64,000 nucleotides of DNA from Octopus sinensis (Eukaryota), in assembly GCF_006345805.1 (NCBI RefSeq), contig NC_043000.1, forward strand, positions 46,500,001 to 46,564,000, given 5' to 3'. Shown here in pieces: positions 1 to 12,140 of this stretch. Position 1 is the stretch's first letter, and every line of letters starts with the position of its first letter. Below the pieces are notes generated by a model, which ran no database searches, was not told the DNA's origin, and saw nothing but the letters and a program-made list of their open reading frames with translations. The position numbers and the translations under genes are program-made.

Positions 1-231
1 TCATCATCATCGTTTAACGTCCGTTTTCCGCACTAGCACGGGTTGGACAGTTCGACCGGGGTCTGGGAAGCCGGAGGCTGCACCAGGCTCCAGTCTGATC
101 TGGCAGTGTTTCTACAGCTGGATGCCCTTCCTAATGCCAACCACTGTATGTATGTGTGTATATATATATACACACACATATACATACATACATATATATA
201 TGTGTGTATATATATATATACACACACACAC

Positions 232-283
<52 letters not shown>

Positions 284-463
284 GTGTGTGTATATATATA
301 TACACACATACATACAGTGGTTGGCATTAGGAAGGGCATCCAGCTGTAGAAACACTGCCAGATCAGACTGGAGCCTGGTGCAGCCTCCGGCTTCCCAGAC
401 CCCGGTCGAACTGTCCAACCCGTGCTAGTGTGGAAAAACGGACGTTAAACGATGATGATGATG
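1..463. repeat. Near-perfect foldback: two RTE-tail/SINE 3' fragments head-to-head around a TA/TG microsatellite
   Basis: 1-178 is the reverse complement of ~283-463, with about one substitution and one indel. Both arms stop at the same point (aaccactg) and share the same ~35-bp microsatellite flank. Confidence 0.92.
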
Positions 464-479
<16 letters not shown>

Positions 480-497
<18 letters not shown>

Positions 498-715
498 GTG
501 TGTATATGTTTGTTTGTCTGTGTTTGTCCCCCCCAACATTGCATGATAACCGATGCTGGTGTGTTTACATTCCTATAACTTAGTGGTTCGGCAAAAGAGA
601 CCAATAGAAAAAGTACCAGACTTACAAAGAATACGTCCTGGGGTCGATTTGCTCGACTAAAGCGGTGCTCCGGCATGGCCACAGGCAAATGACTGAAACA
701 AGTAAAAAAGAAAAG
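480..715 (+). mobile_element. SINE family A, 3' half
   Basis: Matches the 3' half of the full copies at 16251, 26076, 49321 and 52011 (gtgtttgtccccc...gactgaaacaagtaaaa). Confidence 0.85.
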
Positions 716-769
716 AGAGAGAGGAAGCAAAGTCAAGGTACAATGAGTGCTTGTTGGGTCTATTTTTTA

Positions 770-1500
770 GTTAACCGATTGGGAGAGATGGAGACTGTCA
801 ATAGAGACCAATTTGTTAAGTAAGTTAATGAAAGTATCTGAGATGGTGGAGGTAAAAATCATGTGCTGGGTAAAAATTGATGATGTAAGATATGAAACAT
901 ATGAGTTGGTTTCTGGTGAGTGAGATGGCACTGATGCACAGAAAAGTTGAAGTGGCAAAGAGCATTCTTGAAATGGAATAAAAGGAGAGTGACAAAGAGG
1001 AGTATCAGATGATTCAAGTAGTTAGAGATTAGCTCAGTGGGACAGTAGAGAATTTTGAGATGAGGTAGCTCGCAATAGGAAAGAGTACAGAAGAGAATAT
1101 GATATAGTGTACCATGGAGGGGGTGGCTTTTGGTTTGAAAGGGGTTCTGTCACTTGAAAATTTGCAGCAGAAATGGTGATTACTAAAGTGACATGGAGCT
1201 TTCTAAATGTAGAAGTTGGCATGTGAAACTACTACTATTACTCCGCCACTTTTATCAAGCAGGTGTCTTGATCATGAGGCTGAGGCCAGCATTGATGAAG
1301 TATGTTGAGCTACTAGGGAGAGATGCTAAGTCACGTCAGTTGCTTATGGAAATCAATGTGATCTGGATTACGCACTAAAGGAATAAATCTGAAGAAATAT
1401 AATACCTAAAGTTAGGTATCCAGTTGGAACGTTGCTGCTTGCATCTCATAAAACAATCATACCACTTCACAACTTCATTTATTCCTCCAACGACTTGACC
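770..1500 (-). mobile_element. Highly decayed CR1/L2-like LINE ORF2 remnant (endonuclease-RT linker region)
   Basis: Broken minus-strand frames include KPPPPWYT and FINLLNKLVSI, which loosely resemble the CR1/L2 linker. Many stops. Confidence 0.3.
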
Positions 1501-2084
1501 ATTAACTGACCTGGTCATGCTGCTGACTTTCACTACCCAATTCACCCCTCATTCACATCACTCTAAACACTCTGCATTCATACCACTTAACATAAATGTT
1601 CGTTTTCCATCTAACTTCCTGCATTTTGCTCTGTTGCTTTTCATTTTACTCTGTTGTTTTTCAGCAAACCTGACACTAGCATCAATAAATTTTCTCTTCC
1701 CAGAAAGAATTAACTCACTTCATTGATCTATGAACTGTGTGTGTGTATGTGTGTGAGCATGCGTTTCAATCACAAATAAGTATGACTTGATAGTTGTAAG
1801 TACAATAATTTTACTAAAAGGTTTTAGCTGCCTTTGTAATCATGAACATATATAGACACCTTCTAGGCCTCTTCACCTTGACCCACTAGAACAGCAAGTA
1901 TGTAACAGCTGGAGGAGAGGGATAGCCGAGTAGACTGAAACAGAGTGCTATGTATGCTTTAGCCAAAGACACAGAATGTCTGATCCAAGTATGGGACTCA
2001 CAAACTTATGATTATAAAATTGTTAGGTCAACACCTTAACCACCAGGCAACATGCTTTCCCTCTCTCTATATCATCATCATTGA

Positions 2085-2250
2085 CATCATTTAACGTATA
2101 CTTTCCATGCTGGCATGGGTTGGATGGTTTGACAGGAGCTGGCTGGGCAGAAGACAGCACCAGCCTTCAGTGTGTTTTGGCATGGTTTTTACAGCTGAAT
2201 GCCAACCACTTTACAGTGTGGTCTAGATGCATTTTATGTGGCGCCAACAC
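2085..2250 (-). mobile_element. Degenerate RTE-tail repeat
   Basis: catcatcattgacatcatttaacgtatactttccatgctggcatgggttgga resembles the (CAT)n-tailed repeats at 1, 10502 and 46389. Confidence 0.6.
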
Positions 2251-2450
2251 TGGCAAGGTCACCAAATAACTTGCAAGACAAAAATCCTTTGAGAAGGGAG
2301 GGGATGTTGAAGGAGGTGATCTTGTGCCAGATGATGAAAGATTAGAGTGTAACAAGTGAGATAGAAACAGGTGTCTTGCCGCAGAGGAGATACATTACAT
2401 GGTTGCCGAGTCAGAAAGAGAGAGATTTAGATTATATATGTATATATATA

Positions 2451-3217
2451 TATAATTTCAACAATTGAGGGTAAAATTAATTAATTATTAATCAATTTCA
2501 CCAAGTATTCAGTATGTAAAGGGACCATTATAGGCGAATTCAAAATATTACATTATATATAAGGGCTTAGTAAAATAAATTACTTTGCCACATACTGAAC
2601 TCATTAGAAATAGCAGCTAAAGAAATTTCTTCAGCTATTTCTAATACTTAAAGAAGATCTCTCTCAGATAGTGTTTGCCTAAACCAACTCACAAAAGTAT
2701 GGGGGAAAAAACATTAAAAAATCAAGTGCAAAGGTTATTTGAGAACGTACGTTTCTAGATTAGTCAATTCGACATTTCTTTCTTCAGCTCAGAATTCCTT
2801 GAATCGGATTTGGGAACACTGAAAGTCGGGAGCATACCCTTTCGGCTTCTAATCACCTCTAGAATTCTGCTCGAACTAAAAGTGCTATCAAATTCGAATA
2901 TGCAAGCGAAGAATTTCTGCTCTCCCCTTTCCACCAGCGTGGGTTAAAATTGACAAACACCATGTATTAACGGTGAAAACCGCAGCATTTAGCAGAGAGA
3001 GATGAATTATAATTTCAACAATTGAGGGTAAAATTAATTAATTATTAATCAATTTCACCAAGTATTCAGTATGTAAAGGGACCATTATAGGCGAATTCAA
3101 AATATTACATTATATATAAGGGCTTAGAAATGTCGAATTGACTAATCTAGAAACGTACATTCTCAAATAACCTTTGCACTTGATTTTTTAATGTTTTTTC
3201 CCCCATACTTTTGTGAG

Positions 3218-3219
<2 letters not shown>
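2451..3219 (-). mobile_element. Penelope-like non-autonomous element with direct terminal repeats and an inverted segment
   Basis: ~118-bp exact direct repeat (2451-2569 = 3008-3127), immediately followed by an inverted copy of 2687-2778 at 3127-3219. A degenerate hammerhead-like core (CTGAAGA...GAAACGTA) lies at 2748-2787 on the minus strand. Confidence 0.5.
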
Positions 3220-3251
<32 letters not shown>

Positions 3252-3472
3252 CAATTATTCCGTAGCCAAGATAAAACTCTGAGTTTCGGATGTCACATAT
3301 TATTTTAGAGATAAATTTCCTCTATTAACATAATATCGAGGTCTCTTTCTTTCCTTTGTTATCTTACCATTTTTACTAATATATATATAAGTTTTATATA
3401 TATATATATATATATATATGGAAAAAAAAGGTCAAGATAGAAAATGCTAAAATAATTTTATAAAAAACATTT

Positions 3473-3508
3473 CAGTACTGGTTTCAGTCATTGAGACTTT
3501 TTCAACTG
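3473..3508 (-). ncRNA. Degenerate type I hammerhead-like motif
   Basis: Minus strand reads cag-TTGAAAA-agtc tcaat gact-GAAA-ccagt-A-ctg. Stems I and II pair, but the core differs from CUGANGA at two positions. Confidence 0.4.
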
Positions 3509-3806
3509 TAAGTATGGAAGACAATTAAATTTGGGAAAAATTAAAGAAATTTTTTTTTTTAAAGAATATTTGATTAGTGTTCAAATACAAGTGGCATTTT
3601 CCTTGTTTCTGCCTGTCTCTGTCTCTCTTGTTTACTCTTGTGGGTTCGAGGTTGTTGTCTATATATATATTCTTTACTGGAAAGCAATACTCTCGTATTG
3701 CATTGCTATTTTCATTGTTCTCGCTGTTCTCACTCTGTTAACGTTTTGGCGTTCAGACGAGTGTACTGGTATAGATGTGGCAACATTTGAAATATTGTTG
3801 AGGTTT

Positions 3807-3879
3807 ATGCAGCTGATGAGGATAAATCAATTATACGATTGGCATTCGTATTTTGAAAAATCCGAAACTGGTACTGCAT
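3807..3879 (+). ncRNA. Type I hammerhead ribozyme with intact core
   Basis: Stem I atgcag(3807-12)/ctgcat(3874-79). Core CTGATGA 3813-19. Stem II ggat/atcc closed by G-C and extended by atacga/tcgtat. GAAA 3864-67. Minimal stem III ACTGGT. Predicted GUA cleavage after A3873. Confidence 0.78.
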
Positions 3880-4061
3880 TATCCGTTATCTAGGTTTTTC
3901 ATTTTTCAGATGTTCTTCCTAGAGGTAAGACAATTTTTTTCATGTTTGTTGCACACACGCATCTTTACTAGTACATACGCAGTGAAGCTATACATTAGCA
4001 TCGTATTTATTACGTTCGCTATTTCCAGTAAATATCGGTACTTCGTTGTACCATTTATTTA

Positions 4062-4104
<43 letters not shown>

Positions 4105-4183
4105 ATATATATACACTAAGGTGGTGTTCCAGAATAAAAGAATATATTTACTTTTATTAAAACTGCAAAAACATCACAAAAAA

Positions 4184-4222
4184 CTGCTATAGCGAGTTTC
4201 ATGTTTCCATTTGTCAGGTAGT
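4184..4222 (-). ncRNA. Degenerate hammerhead-like motif in a short repeat
   Basis: Minus strand reads ctac-CTGACAA-atg gaaa cat-GAAAC-tcgctatagcag. G8 is changed to A and stem III is imperfect. Confidence 0.3.
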
Positions 4223-4889
4223 TGTAACAGGGACTGAAATAAAATTGTGATGGTACATATAATATATGATTTATTTTACATGATTCAATTTATATGATTT
4301 ATTACAATCTATTCTGTATCACAACTGCCGAAAGAATGGGAATGTGAAACCTCCGGTATTCAAGTACTATTTTTTGCCACCTTGTTTTGCATTTATGTGC
4401 TCACTCGTGTGTATGAATGTGTGTGTGTGTGTGTATATGTGAACATATATTTAATCACACACTCATATGGCAGATTGTGCACAATTTGTCTACCAAGTTA
4501 CACTTCGAAGTTATTGGATGATGTGATACTTGCTTTCACTTGTCAGGTTTGCATATTTTAGCAACAGGTGTCATTTGATATAAGACGTTATAAAGAAACA
4601 GAGTTTGTTATCAGTAATATTTCATGAATGAATGCATTTTATTATGTTTTCGAAGACATATGAATACAAATAACTATTCAGATTTTAGTATAAATCTGTT
4701 ATTATTTATGGGAGATAGCTGGGGGAAGAAAGCTGCACATTATCATATGGTTTTGATTTTTTAAATTTTCTGCTCTGGTTTAACCAGTTGTCACCCATAA
4801 CATATATATGGTTATGTATGTGTGTGCTTTTATTATGCATGCACATACGTACATGCATGTATGCATACACCTGTATGCATGTATACATA

Positions 4890-5590
4890 TACCAGTATCA
4901 GTTTCTGTGATCTCAACTACATTGGACAGTGATTTGAGGTCCCTCTTGTGTTGGTTGTGAATGTTCCACACCATGTAGTCTTCAGTGTACCTATCTTTTA
5001 CCCTCTGCTGGTGTGCATTTCAAAGCTATTTTGAAATATCATTATTCTCATAACCAAAGTATAGGACTCACAAGTTTCAATCTTCATTCTGTGATAACTT
5101 TGCTAAGTGGTTTTGTGTTGGCTCTCTTTAGAACATCTTCACTGGTCACATGATCTTGCTAGAACATTCTCAGATTCCTTCTCATCCACCTTTCGTGGAA
5201 CATATCAGCTTTCTGCTGATTGCCTAGGTGCTCTTCCACACTTCACTAAGATAGAAAATTGTCAGTAGAATTAAGTTATTGTAGAGTTGGATCTTTGTGT
5301 GTGTAGTGGAGTTATTTTGGAAGTCTTCAGCATGCATGCATAGAGTTGAATTTCTTCCAGGAGGCCACCGGAAGTTCCCTCATGTGTATGTGCAGAGAAC
5401 TACCAGCAGCAAAACTTCCTGTATATCGATCTCTCTCTCGAAGCTGACACCGAATTGAATGGATGTGTCCTCATAGCTCTACCAAGCTGCCACCATGTGG
5501 TGAAGCTATACTATGCTGGAACGGGACAGGAGTTGGTTCTCACCATTTAACCACAGCGACTAGCCTCCATGGTTACCGATTTGCTCTGAA
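4890..5590 (-). mobile_element. Decayed RTE-like LINE, region C-terminal to RT
   Basis: Frameshifted translation TKIQLYNNLILLTIFYLSEVWK...MFHERWMRR...DHVTSEDVLKRA resembles the LINE thumb/C-terminal consensus (TKLRLY..LYGSETW...DHVTNEEVL.RA). Confidence 0.6.
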
Positions 5591-6520
5591 GGAAATATAT
5601 ACATATATATTATTGCAAATCCAGGAAATGAAATATTTATGCTGTTTGAAGATATTCAAAGTCTTGCTTTTCCTTCGACAAATAATTTAATGTAACGGGA
5701 TGAGACCTGCACCCCTCAAGTGTTACAGACCTTTCATTCTTGTTACATGTGTAAGCTGATAATGTTGGAGAACCAGATAGTGCACATTCTCTGGCATAAG
5801 ATTGCAGTTTACCAATTCCGTGGATGACATTAGACTGAGAACCTCAATTGATATTTATGACTTTATCAACTGTCTTGATATTTTGATGGTTGATCTTTAT
5901 TATCATTGCGGTTCAACAATTATTTTGTAATGTTCATTATTTTGGCCTTCTCTGTATTTTATTCTAGTTCTGATGTGAGCTGTTGCAAGTTTTTATTAAG
6001 TTCATTAAAACTATGTCATCAGTTAAGTCTAGGTTTTTAAGTCTAGTCTGTATTTCCATTGTATTCCTCCTTTGGGTATGTTTGCCATTTCCTTAAGGAC
6101 AAAGTCTAGTGTTTAATTCTGATGGTGAAAGGATGATAAGGCTTAACTTTACATGAAGAAATGGTGGAATTGTGTAACAATGTGAAGTTACATACTATGT
6201 AATATTATCTGTTACTGAATAAAAGACCATGCTATGGGAATGTGTAGCAAAAATAAAGAGTTGTCCATTCTTGTTCTTTTACTGTATGTATGTATGTATG
6301 CAGGTATGTATGTATTTATAGATGGATGGATGAATGAATAGGTGGATGCAGGTATGCATGCATGTATATCATTATTCAGTGATATTTCAAGGTTTCTTGC
6401 CAACTGAAAAATATCCAAGGCTCCTGCAATGGAATTTTAACATCAACAGAGTATTTTTGTATGATTATATGCATATGTGCAAATTTATGTTTTTCATATA
6501 AATTTGCATGTCTAGACATG

Positions 6521-6566
<46 letters not shown>

Positions 6567-9500
6567 TGTATATGTGTATGTGGTATGTGAGTATGAATGT
6601 ATGTATGTAATGATAAATGTATGCATACTTACATTCATGCACACACACTTATATACATTGTATAATTACATTCATACATGCACACACACACACGTGAGCA
6701 CACTAAAGGAAAAGAAACAGAGAGGACACATATCCTACAAGGTACAGTAAAGGAAATTTGACTTCTAGGTTGTTGCAGTAAATGAAAAATTGATTCAAGA
6801 ATTCATTTGTATCAAGAAATATACATGACATACATAAAAACAAGGAGCACATTTCTGAGTTGTACTTTCTTTTTTTCACTGTTTTCTGTCAGATGATGAA
6901 TGCATGCAACAAGTGGCAAGAGATTCTAAAGAAACTAGACCTGTCCAACCCATATTAGCATGAAAAAAAAAAAAAAATTAACGATGACACTGATATATAT
7001 GTGGGTTTACATGATAAAACATATACTGTAATTACATTATTCAACATGGCTGACACATATCATTACAGTTTTGTCAGTTTGAATGACTAGTAAAGATATT
7101 ATCATTGACTTTTTATAACAAAGCTATCAAAATGAACTCATAAACACACATACATACACACATGTGTATATGTGTGTTTGTATTCATTTTAGTAATGACT
7201 GATCTGTGATATAAAACAAAAACTACTCTCAAGGACAATCATAACTGCCCTTGTGCACATATTCAAGTGTAATGTTTATATACACACATATAAAAGTGCA
7301 TGCATAACTATATATATCTTGTTATTGGTTATATAGCTACTGATTTCCACCCCATGCCGACCATAATTAAGCAGATGTGCTGGCGTTCTAGTCGTGTCTC
7401 TCTTTTGCTTTTAATGTTAAAAATATTATGCAAACTGAACTACATTGTACAATTCATTTTTTCGCAGTGCGTGATTTGGAAAAGATTTGGCTGCTATCTA
7501 CCGAAGGTGAAAAGATCACATAGATATTCAGTTGTTAGCATGTATAGTTGTTAAACATTGGCAACCATTGACACTGCAAAAGCAATTTGAATCATAGAAG
7601 AAAAATTTTAAAGGTACAGATCTGAAGTGGACACAACAAGCAACTAGGTATTAGTCAGATGCAATGAATTTTGCTTCTGATAAAAGTGAGCTATAGTCAC
7701 TTGATTATCAGGCAACCAGTCATTCATATCCTGAAATTTCAGTTGCAGTGTCCATGACCAAAACCAAGAATTACTTAATTCCCTAGGTTATTGAACAAAG
7801 AACAGCTCTGTAAAAAACAAGTATATCATTATTTTGTAGTGTGAATTAGAGTTCTCTTTTGATTGTGGTTACTTATAATTTTGTCTTCAAGGGAGCTCTG
7901 ACCTATCCAAACCTATGATCAAAAACAACCTTTCTTTTGCCGAAGCATATCCCCAGAAAAACATATTCCCATGTAATCCTTCCTTCATTTTAAGATAGCA
8001 AGGTATGATCTGAGGGAAATTTAGATACTATTTACAGGAGGTCAAGTAATGACAAAGAGGCTTCTACATTGGCTTGTGTACAGTCAGTAAAAGTGCTGCG
8101 TCTCCCTGCTCTAATCTCTTTAAGTGAACCATGTCAGTAACCATAGTGTCCAACTCTTTGATTTGGGGATAAAAGTTTCAGTACCTTAATGGTTTCTAGA
8201 ATCCAACACCCTTAATCATATTTAGTTTGTGCAAAATCAATAATATATAAGTAGTTCAATCAGCAGCTACAGAAGGTTTCTAAATGGGTTATGTATAGGA
8301 ATAGAGTGCTATGCTGATTCAATGAATATTTCTGTTCTGTTACCTAGGTGACCTAATCTGTGCCAAAAAGAAGCTAACAAGTAGTATCCACAGTTTGAGG
8401 ACTTCCAAAACTTCACTCATAATAGATAGTAGAATATATGTTTAATTATTGTTTAATTTATTAACATATTTGCAAGAAAACATTTTAGTATCATAGCGGA
8501 CGTTAAACGATGATGATGATGATGATGAATCCTTCTTCAATAAATAATCTTTTAAATCCACAATGCACATATACAAATACATACCATACCAATATAATTA
8601 CAAAAACATATATATATATATATGATTACAATTGAAGGTAATACTTCTATTATCAAGAGAAAGAGATAAAAACATGTTACGTTGAGTCCATAATATTTGC
8701 CATGAAATATTGACATTTCACTGACAACAATCTAGGTTTTTCTCTTCAGCAAAATGTCCACTGCCTACTTCAAAACATTACACATTAATGCAACCTGGGA
8801 ATCAACAGTGGATAGTCTGAGGTTAGAGAAGACAATTACAAATCAGCATTTATGACTGGACACACAATATGAGCCTCAACATTAAATTGTATTTACATGG
8901 TAGAAAAATTGGTTTATCATTGAAATTGTAATTATTATAATATAAAGAGTTTAAACAGTTAAGAAAATATAGATTGTTGTAAAACATAACCTGAAAGAAA
9001 GATATCTGAGGTATTAGACACATTTTAGAAGTGCAGTAACAAGAGTAATCAATATGTGTACACACACACACATGCATGCACGCTTACACACATACATTCA
9101 CAAAACTATTAAATCAAATGTACAAATACTCTAATCGGATCTATTTTCAAATGTGTCCCACCGGTATATCTACTACAATCATGTACATCCTCCACATATT
9201 AATTTCATTATTGGTATGGCAGAATATGTAAATCCCCTTTTACTTTTGATTAAATAGGTATCTGGAATCTAAATCCAGTCAAATTTATCCCAAAGAAACT
9301 TATTAAACACTTAAGTATTTTGACATCTAAATGCATTCGATAATGTTCATATTTATTATTTGGAATATACAAATTCAGTTATTCAAGCTTAAATAGATTT
9401 ACTCTTTAATCTTGCCAGAACATTAAACCGTTTGCAATTAGGTTTTAGCTCAAATGTATCCAATTTAATAATCTGAAGTCTGAGATGCAAGGCTCTGAAT

Positions 9501-10214
9501 ATATTATAGATAATTCATCAGTGATTCATATGGAGTATTTAACTACTGCAGAGATGGAGGGAAAATGATATGTTCTACGACTGGGTAAAGTAATCTGGTC
9601 TTAGATGTATTTTTATAGTTTCACTGATTCAATTAGGAACAAAAGTTAAAGGAAATCTTCATTAAATAATATCCTCAGACAGACTGACAACAGACGGATT
9701 CTCAGATGTAAATTGGAGCATGAGAAACCCTTGTTGGCCCTTGGCCATGTTTAATGATAAAATATGATGGCATCAATAAATATCAATATTTTAGACATCT
9801 GCACAAAACATCATTTTATACATGATCATTTTTTTTTTTTTGAGTAAAGATTATGCATAGATTTTGCAGATGTCTGTTTTTCTTTTATTATCTATGCAAA
9901 CTTCAGGGAACTAGTTATTATTCTGTTGGTCAAAAATGTATAGAATAAAGCATAAATAAATATATGAACAGTATAATCTGCATGAAGCATTGATCAATAT
10001 ATGGAAATGTTTTTATTTTCTTTTTATAAAATTAAAAGAATGCATGTTATAAAGAATAATGCAAATTGATGATTTGCACTATCACTTAGTATTTCAAAAT
10101 TTTGGTGTTAGAAGGAATCTTTGGGGAAATGGAATTGTGAACTGACTTCTCTGTTCTACATCCACACACACACAACAGAAGAGAGAAATCAGCTTACAAC
10201 CCCATTTCTTTGAA

Positions 10215-10265
10215 GGTATTCTGAAGAAGGGATCCTAATCCTGAAATATTGAAATATCAAGTAAG
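10215..10265 (+). ncRNA. Degenerate hammerhead-like motif
   Basis: CTGAAGA(10221-27)-aggg...tcct-GAAA-tat tgaa atat-C(10258). The core and stem III are good, but stem I pairs only 2 bp. Confidence 0.35.
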
Positions 10266-10330
10266 AGAACAAACCAGCAATTGGATTACTTTGGCTTTAC
10301 AAATTAAAAAATTTATTTAATTAAATACGT

Positions 10331-11455
10331 AGGTGCAGGTGTAGCTGTGTGGTAAAACGCTTGCTTCCCAACCACATGGTTCTGGGTTCAGTCCCACTGC
10401 ATGGCACCTTGGGCAAGATTTTTCTACTATAACCTTGGGCCAACCAAAGCCTTGTGAGTGGACTTGGTAGATGGACACTCAAAGAAGCCTGTTGTGTGTA
10501 TATCATCATCATCATCATCGTTTAACGTCCGTTCTCCATGCTAGCATGGGTTGGACGGTTCGACCGGGGATCTGGGAAGCCAGAAGGCTGCACCAGGCTC
10601 CGGTCTTATCTGGCAATGTTTCTACAGCTGGATGCCCTTCCTAACGCCAACCACTCCGTGAGTGTAGTGGGTGCTTTTTATGTGCCACCTGCACTGGTGC
10701 TAGGCAAGGCTGGCATCGGCCACGGTCGGATTGGTGCATTTTATGTGCCACCTGCACGGAAGCCAGTCGAGGCAGCACTGGCTTCGGCCACGATTCGGAT
10801 GGTGCTTTTTACGTGCCACTGACACGGAAGCCAGTTGAGGCGGCGCTGGCATCGGCCACGATTCGGATAGTGCTTTTTACGTATCTCCAGTCCAGGGGTC
10901 CTGGCATCTGCCAGGTGCCAGTCATAGGATTGGTTCAATTTCGATTCCGATTTCACTTGCCCCAACAGGTCTTCGCAAGCATAGGTGCCTGTCGTCGGAT
11001 GAGGTTCGATATCGACTTCGCTTGCCTCAACAGGTCTTTGTGTGTCCAAGGGAGGAAAGGCATGCATAAGTGGGCTGGACTCACTTGTCCTGCCTGGTCT
11101 TTTAACGCACAGCATATTTCAAAAGGTCTTGGTCGCTGGTCATTTCCTCAGTGAGACCTAAAGTTCGAAGGTCGTGCTTCACCACCTCGTCCCAAGTTTT
11201 CCTGGGTCTACCTCTTCCATGGGTTCCCTCCACATATATACAAATATGTGTCTGTGTTTGTCTCTCCACCATTGCTTGACAACTAATGTTGGTGTGCTTA
11301 TATTCCTGTAACTTAGCAGTTTGGCAAAACAGACTAATAGAATCAGTATTAGGCTTATAAAGAATAAGTCCTGGGGTTGATATCTTTAACTAACAAATCT
11401 TTATGGCAGTACTCCTGCATGTCCACAGTCAAATGACTGAAACAAATAAAAGAAT
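10331..11455 (+). mobile_element. SINE family A split by an RTE insertion in its central microsatellite
   Basis: tRNA-like head (A box tagctgtgtgg, B box ggttcagtccc) and CORE-like ggcaccttgggcaag at 10331-10500. The 3' half resumes at ~11234. Confidence 0.8.
10502..11233 (-). mobile_element. 5'-truncated RTE-clade LINE 3' end with (ATG)n tail
   Basis: The minus frame VEGTHGRGRPRKTWDEVVKHDLRTLGL is typical of the RTE ORF C-terminus. The 3' UTR has ~68-bp tandem repeats and the tail is ...ggacgttaaacgatgatgatga. Confidence 0.8.
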
Positions 11456-11548
11456 ATATTTGAGATACAACTCTAAAGTGTTTTAAGACTTAGTTCTTTG
11501 AGAGAGTATATAGTCCACCATGCCAAAATAGCAGCCCACCAGCAAATA

Positions 11549-12140
11549 CAGGGTGAAACCCCCCCCAAAAAAATAGAACCCCTAAAAATTTTATTAAATC
11601 CTACAAAAGTCCAGCAAATTTCTTGAAATGAAATTTGCTGGACTTAAATTTCTGACTGTGTACGATTATTCCCTTTGCATAAAAGTCATGTTCTTTTCAA
11701 AATATGTTCCAAATGGCATATGTTGCACAAACATATGCATCGTGCAAAATTGTCAATTACTGGAACACATTCCTCTTTGGGTATTTCCCTGATTTCTGCC
11801 GTGATTGCTGCCTTCAGTTTACCAGTCGCTTGAGGGTTGTTCTGGAAAAACATGATCCTTGAGATATCCCAACAGATAAAAATTGGGAGTGGGGTTCAAG
11901 TCTGGTGAATACAGCACCCACTTAGTGTCACACTTCCTGCTGATCTGTATCTCCTGAAATCACTCTCAGCCAGGCTAGGGAGTCATTTAATGCATGGGGG
12001 ATGTGTTGGAACCACTGTTCATCTTGATCTATTCCTTTGCATCATTTTATTCAAACAGTTTTATGCTCTCCTTGAGAATTTGCTCTAGCACCCAAAACAC
12101 TAGCCTTCTTTTGCCTTCAGCCATGTATCTCATCTATAGC
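11549..12140 (-). mobile_element. Tc1/mariner-superfamily transposon, 3' fragment
   Basis: TA followed by a cagggtg terminus at 11547-55. The frameshifted translation has EQWFQH and YSPDLNP..FYLLGYLKDHV (SPDLNP.DFYLWGYLK motif). Confidence 0.75.

Noticed and set aside
9522-9584. 63-nt AG...GT-bounded open segment DSYGVFNYCRDGGKMICSTT, faintly DSL-like
   Set aside because: The splice signals are mediocre, the cysteine spacing is incomplete and I found no partner exons. RNA-seq would be needed.
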